DNA of 64,000 bases from Streptosporangiaceae bacterium (GTDB taxonomy: Bacteria > Actinomycetota > Actinomycetes > Streptosporangiales > Streptosporangiaceae), in assembly GCA_036267135.1 (NCBI GenBank), contig DATAWQ010000079.1, positions 9,342 through 73,341 of the forward strand, written 5' to 3'. The number at the start of each line of letters is the position of its first letter. The first letter of the stretch is position 1. Of the stretch, positions 1 to 10,767 are shown in pieces. The notes beneath the pieces were generated by a model, which worked only from the letters and a program-made list of their open reading frames with translations, was not told the DNA's origin and did not search any database. The position numbers were made by a program, and so were the translations under genes.

Positions 1-10
1 TCGGGCATGG

Positions 11-553
11 TCAGACCTTCCGGGTGGTGACGGTGGTGGGTTCGGCGGCGGCGAACAGCCCGATCAGCCCGGGCTGGACGCGCAACTGGGCCATGGCCCG
101 CGAGGCGGTGCTCTTGACCGTGCCGGCGGTGATGCCGAGCAGTTCGGCGACCTCGGCCTCGCTGCGGTCGTCGAAGTAACGCAGCACGACGACCGCGCGC
201 TGCTGGGGGGCCAGCGTGGCGAGTGCGGCCAGCAGTGCTGGGCGCAACTCGACGGCCGCGGTGGGGTCGCCGGACCGCGGGTCGCTGCTGTCGTGGGTGT
301 CGAACAGGCCGATCTCGGGGGGCCGCCGCTGCCGCGCGCGGACGCGGTCGATGACGATGTTCTGCATCACCCGGCGGCAGAACGCGCCCGGGTTCTCCAC
401 CTTCGACCACCGCATCGAGAGCCGGTGCAGCGTCTCCTGGTAGACGTCCTCACCGAGCCCCGGGTCGGAGGTGAGCAGCGTCGCCATCCGCAGCAGCCCG
501 TCGCCGGACCCGGCGACGAAGGCCTCGAACGCCCGTGCCTGCTTGCTGTCCAA
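11..553 (-). CDS. ECF-type sigma-70 family RNA polymerase sigma factor
   Basis: 180-aa ORF with a region-2-like segment (DVYQETLHRLSMRW) and a region-4 HTH (AEVAELLGITAGTVKSTASRA). Its stop (11-13) lies 2 nt from a reverse-strand ATG at 6-8, so a downstream gene, possibly an anti-sigma factor, runs off the window. Confidence 0.85.
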   Translation of the reverse strand: MDSKQARAFEAFVAGSGDGLLRMATLLTSDPGLGEDVYQETLHRLSMRWSKVENPGAFCRRVMQNIVIDRVRARQRRPPEIGLFDTHDSSDPRSGDPTAAVELRPALLAALATLAPQQRAVVVLRYFDDRSEAEVAELLGITAGTVKSTASRAMAQLRVQPGLIGLFAAAEPTTVTTRKV

Positions 554-616
554 TCCGCTCTCCTGACTGTCGCTTCCACCCTTCTAGACGACAGCCCTCG
601 GCAACAGGTTGATCGG

Positions 617-1945
617 TCAGGAAACGGCCGGGGTGCGCTCGGGCGCCGCTGGTTCGACCGCCGGTTCAGGCGGGGGGCCGGCCTGGCGGCGGTCGATCCG
701 GTTGAGCGTGGGCAGGGCGGCGATCCCGCAGACCACGGTGGGCAGCCCGCCGATGACCAGGGACCAGCGGGGCCCGGCGGACTGGCCCACCCAGCCCACG
801 ATCGGCCCGCCGACCGGCGTGGAGCCGAGCCAGGCCAGCCCCCACAGCGCCATCACCCGGCCGCGCATGGTGGGCTTGGCCGCGAGCTGGAGCGTGGTCT
901 TGGCGAACGAGTTGAACGTGATGCTGCCGTAGCCGACGAAGACCAGCGCGGCGAGCTCCAGCGGCATGTTCGGCGCGGCCGCCGCGGCCAGGATCGCGAC
1001 GCCCCAGCCCATCGCGGCCAGGCACAGCGTGCGGGCGCGGGGCCGGGGCCTGGCGGCCGAGATCAGCCCGCCGGCCACCGCGCCGACCCCCATGACCGAG
1101 GCCATCACGCCGTACGCGGCGGCGCCGCCACCGAAGACCTTGCTCGCCATCAGCGGCAGGGTCACCTGGAACTCCCAGGCCAGCGTGCCGATCACGGCGA
1201 TCATGACGAGCGGTATGAGCAGCTCGGGGGTCGAGGCCACGTAACGCAGTCCCTCCCGGATCTGGCGCTTGCGCTTGGGCACCCGCTTGGCCGAGAACAG
1301 CTCGGACTTGCGCATCGCGGCCAGCGAGATCAGCACTGCCGCGAACGACAGTGCGTTGCAGGTGAAGCACAACGCGAGCCCGAGCGCGGCGGCGATCACC
1401 CCGCCCAGGGCGGCGCCGAACACCCTGGCCATGTTCATCGACACCGAGTTGAGCGTCACCGCGTTGGGCAGGTCGTCCGTGGAAACCATCTCGGAGATGA
1501 AACTCTGGCGGGCCGGGTTGTCGAACACGTTGACGAAGCCGAGCGCGACCGCGAGCAGGTAGACGATCCACAGGTGGGCCGAGTGGGTCGCGATCAGGAC
1601 GGCGTACGCCCCGGCCAGCAGCCCGGACAGGGTCTGGGTGACGTAGAGCACCCGGTGTTTGTCCATCCGGTCCGCGAACAGGCCGCCGGCCGGGCCGAAG
1701 AACAGCATCGGCGCGAACCTGGCCGCGGTGGTGAGCCCGAGCTGGGTTCCGCTGTGCGTCAGGTCGAGCACCAGGAACGACAGCGCGACCGTCTGCATCC
1801 AGGTGCCGGCCACCGAGACGAGCTGACCGAAGAAGTACAGCCGGTAGTTACGCTGCCGCAGCGACGAGACCATCTGCCTGGGCTGGAATCCCCCGGGCCG
1901 AGGTCTGCGGGGCTGGGGTCCCTGGCGGCCGGCGGCTGAGGCCAT
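617..1945 (-). CDS. MFS transporter (EntS/MFS_3-like)
   Basis: Hydrophobic multi-TM ORF with an MFS-like N-terminus (RNYRLYFFGQLVSVAGTWMQTVALSFLV). Start placed at ATG 1945, with GGGAG about 9 nt upstream, rather than GTG 1951. Confidence 0.85.
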   Translation of the reverse strand: MASAAGRQGPQPRRPRPGGFQPRQMVSSLRQRNYRLYFFGQLVSVAGTWMQTVALSFLVLDLTHSGTQLGLTTAARFAPMLFFGPAGGLFADRMDKHRVLYVTQTLSGLLAGAYAVLIATHSAHLWIVYLLAVALGFVNVFDNPARQSFISEMVSTDDLPNAVTLNSVSMNMARVFGAALGGVIAAALGLALCFTCNALSFAAVLISLAAMRKSELFSAKRVPKRKRQIREGLRYVASTPELLIPLVMIAVIGTLAWEFQVTLPLMASKVFGGGAAAYGVMASVMGVGAVAGGLISAARPRPRARTLCLAAMGWGVAILAAAAAPNMPLELAALVFVGYGSITFNSFAKTTLQLAAKPTMRGRVMALWGLAWLGSTPVGGPIVGWVGQSAGPRWSLVIGGLPTVVCGIAALPTLNRIDRRQAGPPPEPAVEPAAPERTPAVS

Positions 1946-1970
1946 GAACACGGGCTCCCTGTCGATATGG

Positions 1971-2008
1971 TTAGCTCCGCTAAGGATACCATTTAGCCTC
2001 GCTAAGGA
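1971..2008. promoter_or_regulatory. Two copies of TTAGC-N3-GCTAAGGA spaced 22 nt apart in the MFS promoter region (candidate operator pair)
   Basis: ttagctccgctaagga at 1971-1986 and ttagcctcgctaagga at 1993-2008. Each contains the inverted repeat TTAGC/GCTAA. No cognate regulator is identified. Confidence 0.3.
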
Positions 2009-2059
2009 GCTCGCCGTGCGGGGCCTGGCCGGGGGGGGCTGGCGGGCCGGACGGAACGG

Positions 2060-5000
2060 CTAGGCGGAGCGGACGGCGGAGTTGCGGCCGGGCACGCGGG
2101 TGGGCCGGCCGGACGGGCCCGCCAGGCCGAGCTGACCGCGGATCCGGCGCGCCTCCGGATGGTCGGCGTGGGGGTAGAGCCTGAGGGCTTCGCGCCAGTG
2201 CCCGCGGGCGGCGGCGTGGTCGCCGATGGCCTGGTAGCCGTGGGCCAGGCCGTCGTGCGCGCGGGCTCTTTCGTCCTGGTCCCCGGCCTCGCTGGCGAGA
2301 TCGAGCGCGGCCGCGTACTGGGCGCGCGCGTCGGCGTGCCGCCCCGAAGCCAGGAACACGTCGCCCAGGTCGTTGAGCGCTTCGGCCTGACCGCTCGGGT
2401 CGGCGATCTCGCGGAGCACGGCCAGCGCCTGCTGGATCTGGGCCACGGCCTGCCGGTGGCGGCCCTGCCCGAGTTCGGCGGCGCCGAGCCGGGTCAGGGC
2501 CATGGCCTCACCCTGACGGTCGCCGAACTCCCGGAACAACGCCAGCGCCCGCTGCAGGTCGCCGATGGCCTCGTCGAAGTGCTCCTGCCGCAGGCCGAGC
2601 ACGCCGAGCCTGCTCAGGGCTGTGGCCTCGCCGTGCCGGTCGCCCAGGTCGCGGAGCAGGGCCAGGGCCTGCCGCTGATGCCCGGTGGCCGACCGGTACC
2701 GGCCCCGGCGCCGGTCGATCGCGCCGAGGTTGCTCAGCGCGTAGGCCTCGCCGGTTCGCTCGCCGGTCTGGCGGTACAGGTCCAGGGCTTGCCGCAACCT
2801 GGTGGTCGCCTGGCGGTAGCGGCCCAGCTGGGAGTCGGTCAGCCCGAGGTAGTTCAGCGCGCGGGCCTGCCCCACCTGATATCCGGCCTCGCGGTACCGG
2901 GACAGCGCCCGCTCGAAGTGACCGGTGGCCCGCTCGTACCGGCCCTGATGCCCATACACCACACCGAGGCTGGTGAGCGCGTCGCCTTCGGCCACCCGGT
3001 CGCCGGCCCGGTGCGCCGCGTGCTCGGCCCAGCCGTGCACGATGATCGCCTCGGGAAAGTGGCCGCCGGTGTCGAAATACCGGAACAGGACGCCGGCCAG
3101 CAGGGTCGCGTGGCCGGGCCAGGCGGTCTGCGCGGCGTGGGTGATGGCCGCCACCAGGCTGGCGCGTTCGGCGTCCAGCCAGGTCTGGGCCTCGGCCTCG
3201 GTGGCCAGGGCCGGAACCGGGAGGACAGACTCCGGGGAGGCCGGGTCCGGCACCGCGGGCCTGCGGTGCCGTTCGGCGGGGAACAGGGTGTTCATCGCGG
3301 CCGCGGCGGCGTGCAGGTAGTAGTCGAGCAGGCGGGTGAGCGCCGTCTGCTGCTCCGGTTCGCCGTCCTGGGCCACAGTGAGGTCCCGGGCGTAGCCGCG
3401 CAGCAGATCATGCAGGAGGTAGCGGCCGGGGCTCGCGGGCTGGACCAGGTTCGCGCGCGCCAGGCCGGCGAGCATCTGGCTGGCCTGGTCCACCGGCAGG
3501 CCGGCCAGCGCGGCGACGGCGCCGGGCTCGAGGTCGGGACCTGGGTGCAGGCCGGCCAGCCGGAACACCCCCGCCGGGCCGGGGGCCAGGTTCCGGTAGG
3601 ACCAGGAGAACACCGCCCGCACCTCGGCGCGCGGGTCTCCCCCGCCGTCCAGCAGGTCAAGCCGCCGGGTGGCCAGCTCGCCGGCCAGGGCGGCCAGCGG
3701 CACGGTGGGCCTGGCCGTGGCCAGCTCCGCGGCGACCCGCAGCGCCAGCGGCAGCAGGCCGCACCGGACAGCCAGCGCCCCGGCGGCGTCCGGGTCGGCG
3801 TCCACCCGGGCGCCGACCAGCGCCGCCAGCAGGCCGACCGCGTCGGCCGACGGCATCAGGCCCAGGTCCAGCCGGACGGCGCCGTCCCTGGCCACCAGCC
3901 CGGGCAGGGCGTCCCGGCTGGTCACCACCGACACGCAGTCCGGTGCGCCGGGCAGCAGCGGACGGACGTGCTCCGCGTCACCCGCGTTGTCCAGGACGAT
4001 CAGCATCCGGCGCCCGGCCAGCAGGCTCCGGTAACGGGCCGCGCGTTCGTCGGTCTCGGCCGGGATGTCCCGGCCGGCCACGCCCAGCGCCCGCAGGAAA
4101 TGGGCCAGCGCGTCGGCCGCGGGCACCGGCTCGCCCGGGTCATAGCCGCGCAGGTCCACGTAGAGCTGCCCGTCGGGGAACCGCCCGGCGACCTGATGCG
4201 CCCAGTGCAGGGCCAGGGCGGTCTTGCCCACTCCGGCGGTGCCCCCGATCACCGAGATCAGGGACGTGCCCGGCTCCTCACCGGCCCGGTCGAGCAACCC
4301 GGTCAGCTCGGCGAGCTCCGGCGCCCGGCCGGTGAAGTGCCGCACGTTGCTGGGCAGTTCCCTGGGCACCACCCGCTCCGGGGCCGGCCCGGTGGCCGGG
4401 ACCGACCCCGGCTCGGCCAGTTCCTCGTCGCCGGACAGGATCCGCCGGTGCAGTTCGCGCAGCTCGGCCCCGGGCTCGGCGCCGAGCTCGTCGATCAGGT
4501 GGCGGCGGGCGCGCTGATAGGAGGCGAGCGCCTCGGCCTGCCGTCCGGACCGGTACAGGGCCAGCATCAGCAGCGCGTGCGGGTGCTCGCGCAACGGGTG
4601 GACGAGCACTAGGCGCTCGAGCTCGGTGATCACATCGGCCGGGCCGCCGGAGCGCAGCTCGGCCTCCAGCCGGGTTTCCAGCGCCTGCAGCCGCAGTTCG
4701 GCCAGGCGCGGCCCTTCCCGCGCCGCCAGCAGTTCCGACTCCACGTCCACGAGCGGCTCGTCCCGCCACAACGCCAGCGCCGCGGTGGCCTGCCGGCCGG
4801 CCTCTCCCCAGGCCCGGGCTCTGGCCGCGGTGCGGGCCGAGGCCAGCAGGATCTCGAACTCCGACACGTCCAGCTCGCCCGTGGCCACGCTGATCATGTA
4901 TCCGCGCCGCTCGGTGCTGATCCTGGCCGCGCCATCCTGGCCGAGGGCCTGCCGCAGCCGCTTGATGTAGTTCCTGATGCCTACCCGGGCCGACGGGGGC

Positions 5001-5173
5001 GGCTCATGGCCCCACAGCGTCTCGGCGATGTCGTCCACCGGGACGGCCCGGTTGGCGTCGAGCAAAAGTCTCGCGAGCAGTGCGCGCTGCTTGCCGGCCT
5101 GGATCGGCATCACCGCACCGTGACGGCGTACCACCATGGGGCCGAGCAGGCAGAACTCCCACTCCACCGCCAT
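2060..5173 (-). CDS. AfsR/SARP-family regulator (OmpR-type wHTH + BTAD + NB-ARC ATPase + TPR array)
   Basis: 1037 aa. N-terminal SARP DNA-binding/BTAD region (LLGPMVVRRHG...RALLARLLL, RGYMISV). Walker A GTAGVGKTALAL. Long C-terminal series of TPR-like repeats (ALxxLGxxxxxxGRYxxA). Confidence 0.9.
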   Translation of the reverse strand: MAVEWEFCLLGPMVVRRHGAVMPIQAGKQRALLARLLLDANRAVPVDDIAETLWGHEPPPSARVGIRNYIKRLRQALGQDGAARISTERRGYMISVATGELDVSEFEILLASARTAARARAWGEAGRQATAALALWRDEPLVDVESELLAAREGPRLAELRLQALETRLEAELRSGGPADVITELERLVLVHPLREHPHALLMLALYRSGRQAEALASYQRARRHLIDELGAEPGAELRELHRRILSGDEELAEPGSVPATGPAPERVVPRELPSNVRHFTGRAPELAELTGLLDRAGEEPGTSLISVIGGTAGVGKTALALHWAHQVAGRFPDGQLYVDLRGYDPGEPVPAADALAHFLRALGVAGRDIPAETDERAARYRSLLAGRRMLIVLDNAGDAEHVRPLLPGAPDCVSVVTSRDALPGLVARDGAVRLDLGLMPSADAVGLLAALVGARVDADPDAAGALAVRCGLLPLALRVAAELATARPTVPLAALAGELATRRLDLLDGGGDPRAEVRAVFSWSYRNLAPGPAGVFRLAGLHPGPDLEPGAVAALAGLPVDQASQMLAGLARANLVQPASPGRYLLHDLLRGYARDLTVAQDGEPEQQTALTRLLDYYLHAAAAAMNTLFPAERHRRPAVPDPASPESVLPVPALATEAEAQTWLDAERASLVAAITHAAQTAWPGHATLLAGVLFRYFDTGGHFPEAIIVHGWAEHAAHRAGDRVAEGDALTSLGVVYGHQGRYERATGHFERALSRYREAGYQVGQARALNYLGLTDSQLGRYRQATTRLRQALDLYRQTGERTGEAYALSNLGAIDRRRGRYRSATGHQRQALALLRDLGDRHGEATALSRLGVLGLRQEHFDEAIGDLQRALALFREFGDRQGEAMALTRLGAAELGQGRHRQAVAQIQQALAVLREIADPSGQAEALNDLGDVFLASGRHADARAQYAAALDLASEAGDQDERARAHDGLAHGYQAIGDHAAARGHWREALRLYPHADHPEARRIRGQLGLAGPSGRPTRVPGRNSAVRSA

Positions 5174-5290
5174 GAGGGCCCTTTTACCTCTGCGCTACTC
5201 CGACATTACGGTAATGCTACCGCCGGGGGAGATATTGGCGCTGGAAGCCGCCCGCGACGAGCCGGCCCCCCGGGGCCAGCGAGCCGCCTG

Positions 5291-6133
5291 ATGGACGGGA
5301 GCGGCGAGTTGAACAGGGCCACAGACACGCAAGAGCGACGGCCGGTGCTGATCGGATTGCTCGGTCCGCTGCTGGTCAGAAACCAGGACGGGCCGCTGCA
5401 AGTGCCGGCCGCCAGGCAGCGGTCGCTGCTGGCGGCCCTGGCGGTCCGGGCTGGCGACGTGGTGCCCGCCAGTGCGCTCGCCGAGGCGGTGTGGGACGGC
5501 GCCCCGCCGGTCTCCTGGCAGGTCACCCTCCGCAACTACGTCCGGCGGCTGCGGGTCGTGCTGGGCGACGAGGTCGGCGGCCGCATCCTGACCCGCGCGC
5601 CCGGTTACCAGCTCCAGGCCAGGCCGGACGAGGTGGACACGCTGCTGTTCGAGGCCCGCTGCCGGGACGGGCGGGCCGCGGCCAGGGCGGGCGACTGGCC
5701 CGGCGCGTCGGCCCTGCTGACCGCGGCCGAGTCGCTGTGGCGGGGCACCCCGTTCGCCGACATACCGTCCCGGACCATCAAGGACGCGCAACTGCCCTAC
5801 CTGGAGGAGACCCGGCTGTCCGCGCTGGAGGCGCGGATCGACGCCGGCCTGCAGCACTCCCCCTCGCTGGCGGCGGACGTCATCCCGGAACTGCACAGGC
5901 TCAGCCGGCAGCACCCCGAACGCGAGCGGCTGCGGGCCCTGCTCATGCTGGCCCTATACCAGGCCGACCGGCAGGCGCACGCGCTGACCGTCTATCAGGC
6001 GGCCCGCCAGTACAGCGTGCACGAGCTCGGGCTGGAGCCCGGGCCCGGACTGCGCGAGATGCACCAGCGGATCCTGCTCGCCGACCCCGGGCTGCTGCCG
6101 CGGCCGGTCGCCGTGGGCTCGCGGCCGGGGTAA
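5291..6133 (+). CDS. Small SARP-family transcriptional activator (wHTH + BTAD)
   Basis: 280 aa starting at ATG 5291 (MDGSGE...). The longer ORF from 5006 overlaps the divergent AfsR-like gene. Motifs LLGPLLVRNQDGPLQV, RSLLAALAVRAG, APGYQLQ and the BTAD helix region. Confidence 0.85.
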   Translation: MDGSGELNRATDTQERRPVLIGLLGPLLVRNQDGPLQVPAARQRSLLAALAVRAGDVVPASALAEAVWDGAPPVSWQVTLRNYVRRLRVVLGDEVGGRILTRAPGYQLQARPDEVDTLLFEARCRDGRAAARAGDWPGASALLTAAESLWRGTPFADIPSRTIKDAQLPYLEETRLSALEARIDAGLQHSPSLAADVIPELHRLSRQHPERERLRALLMLALYQADRQAHALTVYQAARQYSVHELGLEPGPGLREMHQRILLADPGLLPRPVAVGSRPG

Positions 6134-6159
6134 CGGCTTCGGCGTGCGGGCGCGGCGGC

Positions 6160-6615
6160 TCAGGCCTGGAGCGGTTCGCCGTCGTCCTGGCCGAACGCGT
6201 GCGTCCGGATCAGCCCGAGCAGGCGCGCGTGCCGGTCGAGCAGCCAGAACTCGGCCGGCCGCGGCTCCATCTCGGCCAGGCCGGGACGGCCGGGACGGTC
6301 GGGACGGTCGGGCTGTAGCCCGGCCAAGTCGGGCCGCAGCCCGGCCAGCAGTTCCACCATGCCGGACACGACCCGGACACCGTCGCGCGCGCTCTGCAGA
6401 CCGAGATCGGGACCATGGATGACGTGGGTCTTGACCAGCCAGTCCGCCACGTCCTGGGAGCAGCCGAGGCCGACCTCGATCAGGTCGCTCCAGCGCCGGC
6501 CGATGGTGCGCAGGCCGGTCCAGGACCGGTAGCCGACGAAGATCGACTCCCACTGGCGGATGACGAACTCTTCCCAGCCGAGATCGGTCACTTCGTCCAG
6601 ATCATGGTCGTACAC
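6160..6615 (-). CDS. Hypothetical protein with an RPD/RPG 9-nt repeat
   Basis: ORF with good GC3 bias. GTG 6615 was chosen so that it does not overlap the upstream gene end at 6642. No family recognised. Contains the 9-nt tandem repeat at 6282-6317. Confidence 0.45.
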   Translation of the reverse strand: MYDHDLDEVTDLGWEEFVIRQWESIFVGYRSWTGLRTIGRRWSDLIEVGLGCSQDVADWLVKTHVIHGPDLGLQSARDGVRVVSGMVELLAGLRPDLAGLQPDRPDRPGRPGLAEMEPRPAEFWLLDRHARLLGLIRTHAFGQDDGEPLQA

Positions 6616-6641
6616 GGACCAACAGTACGTTGGCACCAGCC

Positions 6642-7646
6642 TCAGCGCTTGGTTCTGCCGAAGCGGGTGGCGGCGGCCGCGACACACGGGGTCAGGATGA
6701 CCGTGACCAGGACGCCGAGCGGGATGACCGGCGGTGGCGGGCCGATGGGCCGGGTTTCCGCTCTCGCCATGGGAAGGAAGACGCTGGGAGCCGGGACCGG
6801 GTGGGGCCGTGGCTTGTGGTGGTGGTGGGTTGGGGTGGGCGTCGGGGACGGACTCGGGGACGGCGACGCCGGGCGGTGGACCGGTGCGGCCGGCTTCGTC
6901 CGGTGCGGTGGGGGCGGCGGCCGGCGCGACGGGGGTGGCGACGACGGCGGCGGGGAGGACGGTGGGGGTGGCGATGTGGGCGGTGGGGGCGGCTTGACGA
7001 CCTGGCGGGCGACGGACGCGTACTGGGACAGGATCAGGTCGTAGTGGACCACCGCGGAGACGCCGACCAGGTTTCCGGGATCCAGCCCGTTGGCCACCAG
7101 CGTGCCGAGCGGCAGCGAGATCGACTGGCCGCGGCCGAGCCCGGGGTATCCGCAGTTCAGGCCGCCCGGCACCGGGAAGCAGCCGGGCGGGACAGGGCCG
7201 GTCATGATCAGGCCGGGAGTGAACCAGATGTGCAGGCCGATGGCCCAGGCGGGGCCGTCGGGGCTGCTCACGCTGACGTAGAACTGATACTCGTGCCCGG
7301 GCACCGGCAGGCCGCCCTGGGAACCGGCGCTCAGCACCAGCCGCGCGGGCAGGCCGGCCGCGGATCGCGACAGCGGGACCGCGACCACCGGGCGATCGGC
7401 GGCGGCCACGCGCACCGGTCCCGTCGCGGCCCGGCCCGGGGGTGGGACCGCCGCGGCTGGGACCGCCGTGGCTGGGACCGCGGTGGGCGGAGCCGCCGTG
7501 GTCAGGGCCACGGCGGCCAGGACTGCGGTGATCAGCGCCCCGGCGGTCAGCAGCGCGGCCATCACGGCCAGGCCGGCCAGGACCGCGCCGCGGGCGCGCG
7601 GGGCGGGTGGCGCCGGGCCGTCGGAGCGGCGGGAACCTCTGGTCAC
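6642..7646 (-). CDS. Membrane-anchored protein with a proline-rich stalk and a C-terminal TM plus basic tail (unknown function)
   Basis: The GTG start at 7646 overlaps the upstream stop as GTGA. N-terminal TM (AVLAGLAVMAALLTAGALITAVLAAVAL), a globular segment of about 140 aa, then PPPPPTSPPPPSSPPPSSPPPS...SPSPSPSPTPTPT, ending in VIPLGVLVTVILTPCVAAAATRFGRTKR. Confidence 0.6.
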   Translation of the reverse strand: MTRGSRRSDGPAPPAPRARGAVLAGLAVMAALLTAGALITAVLAAVALTTAAPPTAVPATAVPAAAVPPPGRAATGPVRVAAADRPVVAVPLSRSAAGLPARLVLSAGSQGGLPVPGHEYQFYVSVSSPDGPAWAIGLHIWFTPGLIMTGPVPPGCFPVPGGLNCGYPGLGRGQSISLPLGTLVANGLDPGNLVGVSAVVHYDLILSQYASVARQVVKPPPPPTSPPPPSSPPPSSPPPSRRPPPPPHRTKPAAPVHRPASPSPSPSPTPTPTHHHHKPRPHPVPAPSVFLPMARAETRPIGPPPPVIPLGVLVTVILTPCVAAAATRFGRTKR

Positions 7647-8398
7647 CGGATGGTGAGCTGCTGCAGGACCGCCTGGATCGGTGACGGCGTCACCGCCAGC
7701 GGGCCAGAGTAGACGTGATTGAGCTGGAAGACGACGACGATGCCGACGCCGACCATCGCCGCCTGCACGGCCGCGATCACCACGCTGCGTTTGGTCGCGC
7801 CGATGCCGCACGCGAAGGGGAACGAGCCGACCACGAGCGAGGTCGCGATGACGCCCGCGATCAGGCCCTCGGGCAGCCGCGCCCCGGCGCCGGAGGCCTG
7901 CTCGTCGTGGGTGCTGAACAGGGTGGCGATCTGGGTGGTGGCCTGAAGCTGGGCGTTCGATGCGGCCGCGTCCTGCGGGTTGAGCCTGAGCACAAAGTTG
8001 TTCATGGCGATCAGTTGCTGCTCGCTCTTGTCGTCGAGCGTGCCCCGCTTCAGCTGCGGCCAGTCGTGATTGACCACCGTCTGCGCATAGGCCCGCACGT
8101 CGGCCTGCAGGACCGTCTGCTGAGCGAGCGGGAAGCCGTCCGCCGCATAGTAGAGCTCGCGGATGGCGGACGCCTCGGACGCGACCGCCGAGTTGGCGCC
8201 GCCGATCGTCTGCCACTCGGTGGCCAGGGCGACCGCGAGGATAAGCAGGTACAGCGCGGCCAGCGAGGGACCGAGGAAGCCGATGGTCACGTCCTCCGGC
8301 TCACCGCCGCGGTCCTTGATGATCACTGCCACGATCACCGCGAGTATGGCGCAGGCCCCGCCGGCCCGCAGCAGGAGCCAGGTTTCGGAAGTCAGCAT
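7643..8398 (-). CDS. Integral membrane protein (DUF4239-like by recollection)
   Basis: 251 aa from ATG 8398. An AAGGAG Shine-Dalgarno sequence sits immediately after the geosmin synthase stop. TM segments at both ends flank a soluble helical middle (VNHDWPQLKRG...). Confidence 0.65.
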   Translation of the reverse strand: MLTSETWLLLRAGGACAILAVIVAVIIKDRGGEPEDVTIGFLGPSLAALYLLILAVALATEWQTIGGANSAVASEASAIRELYYAADGFPLAQQTVLQADVRAYAQTVVNHDWPQLKRGTLDDKSEQQLIAMNNFVLRLNPQDAAASNAQLQATTQIATLFSTHDEQASGAGARLPEGLIAGVIATSLVVGSFPFACGIGATKRSVVIAAVQAAMVGVGIVVVFQLNHVYSGPLAVTPSPIQAVLQQLTIR

Positions 8399-8409
8399 CG
8401 GGCTCCTTA

Positions 8410-10767
<2,358 letters not shown>

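Noticed and set aside
293-1939. Long 548-aa plus-strand ORF antisense to the MFS transporter. Similar antisense or out-of-frame giants occur at 2159-4612, 16917-19394, 22152-24491, 24571-26916, 33700-35928, 38476-40704, 51342-53426 and 55281-56780.
   Set aside because: Their composition is Arg/Gly/Pro/Ala-rich with no recognisable domains. They mirror well-supported genes on the other strand. Long stop-free shadow frames like these are expected in very high-GC DNA.
5006-5290. Upstream extension of the small SARP ORF
   Set aside because: It overlaps the 5' end of the divergent AfsR-like gene, and its sequence (MAPQRLGDVVHRDG...) is unrelated to SARP N-termini. ATG 5291 gives a canonical-length protein.
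6642-6780. C-terminal hydrophobic helix plus basic tail of the Pro-rich protein, considered as a sortase sorting signal for the class F sortase at 63331
   Set aside because: No LPXTG/LAXTG-type pentapeptide precedes the helix (the sequence is FLPMARAETRPIGPPPP). The sortase gene is 56 kb away, so a substrate relationship is unsupported.
6642-8216. 524-aa ORF reading through from 8216
   Set aside because: Its upstream 190 codons overlap the DUF4239-like gene in another frame and look like shadow-frame sequence. A GTG at 7646 forms a GTGA overlap with the upstream stop and precedes a plausible TM anchor.
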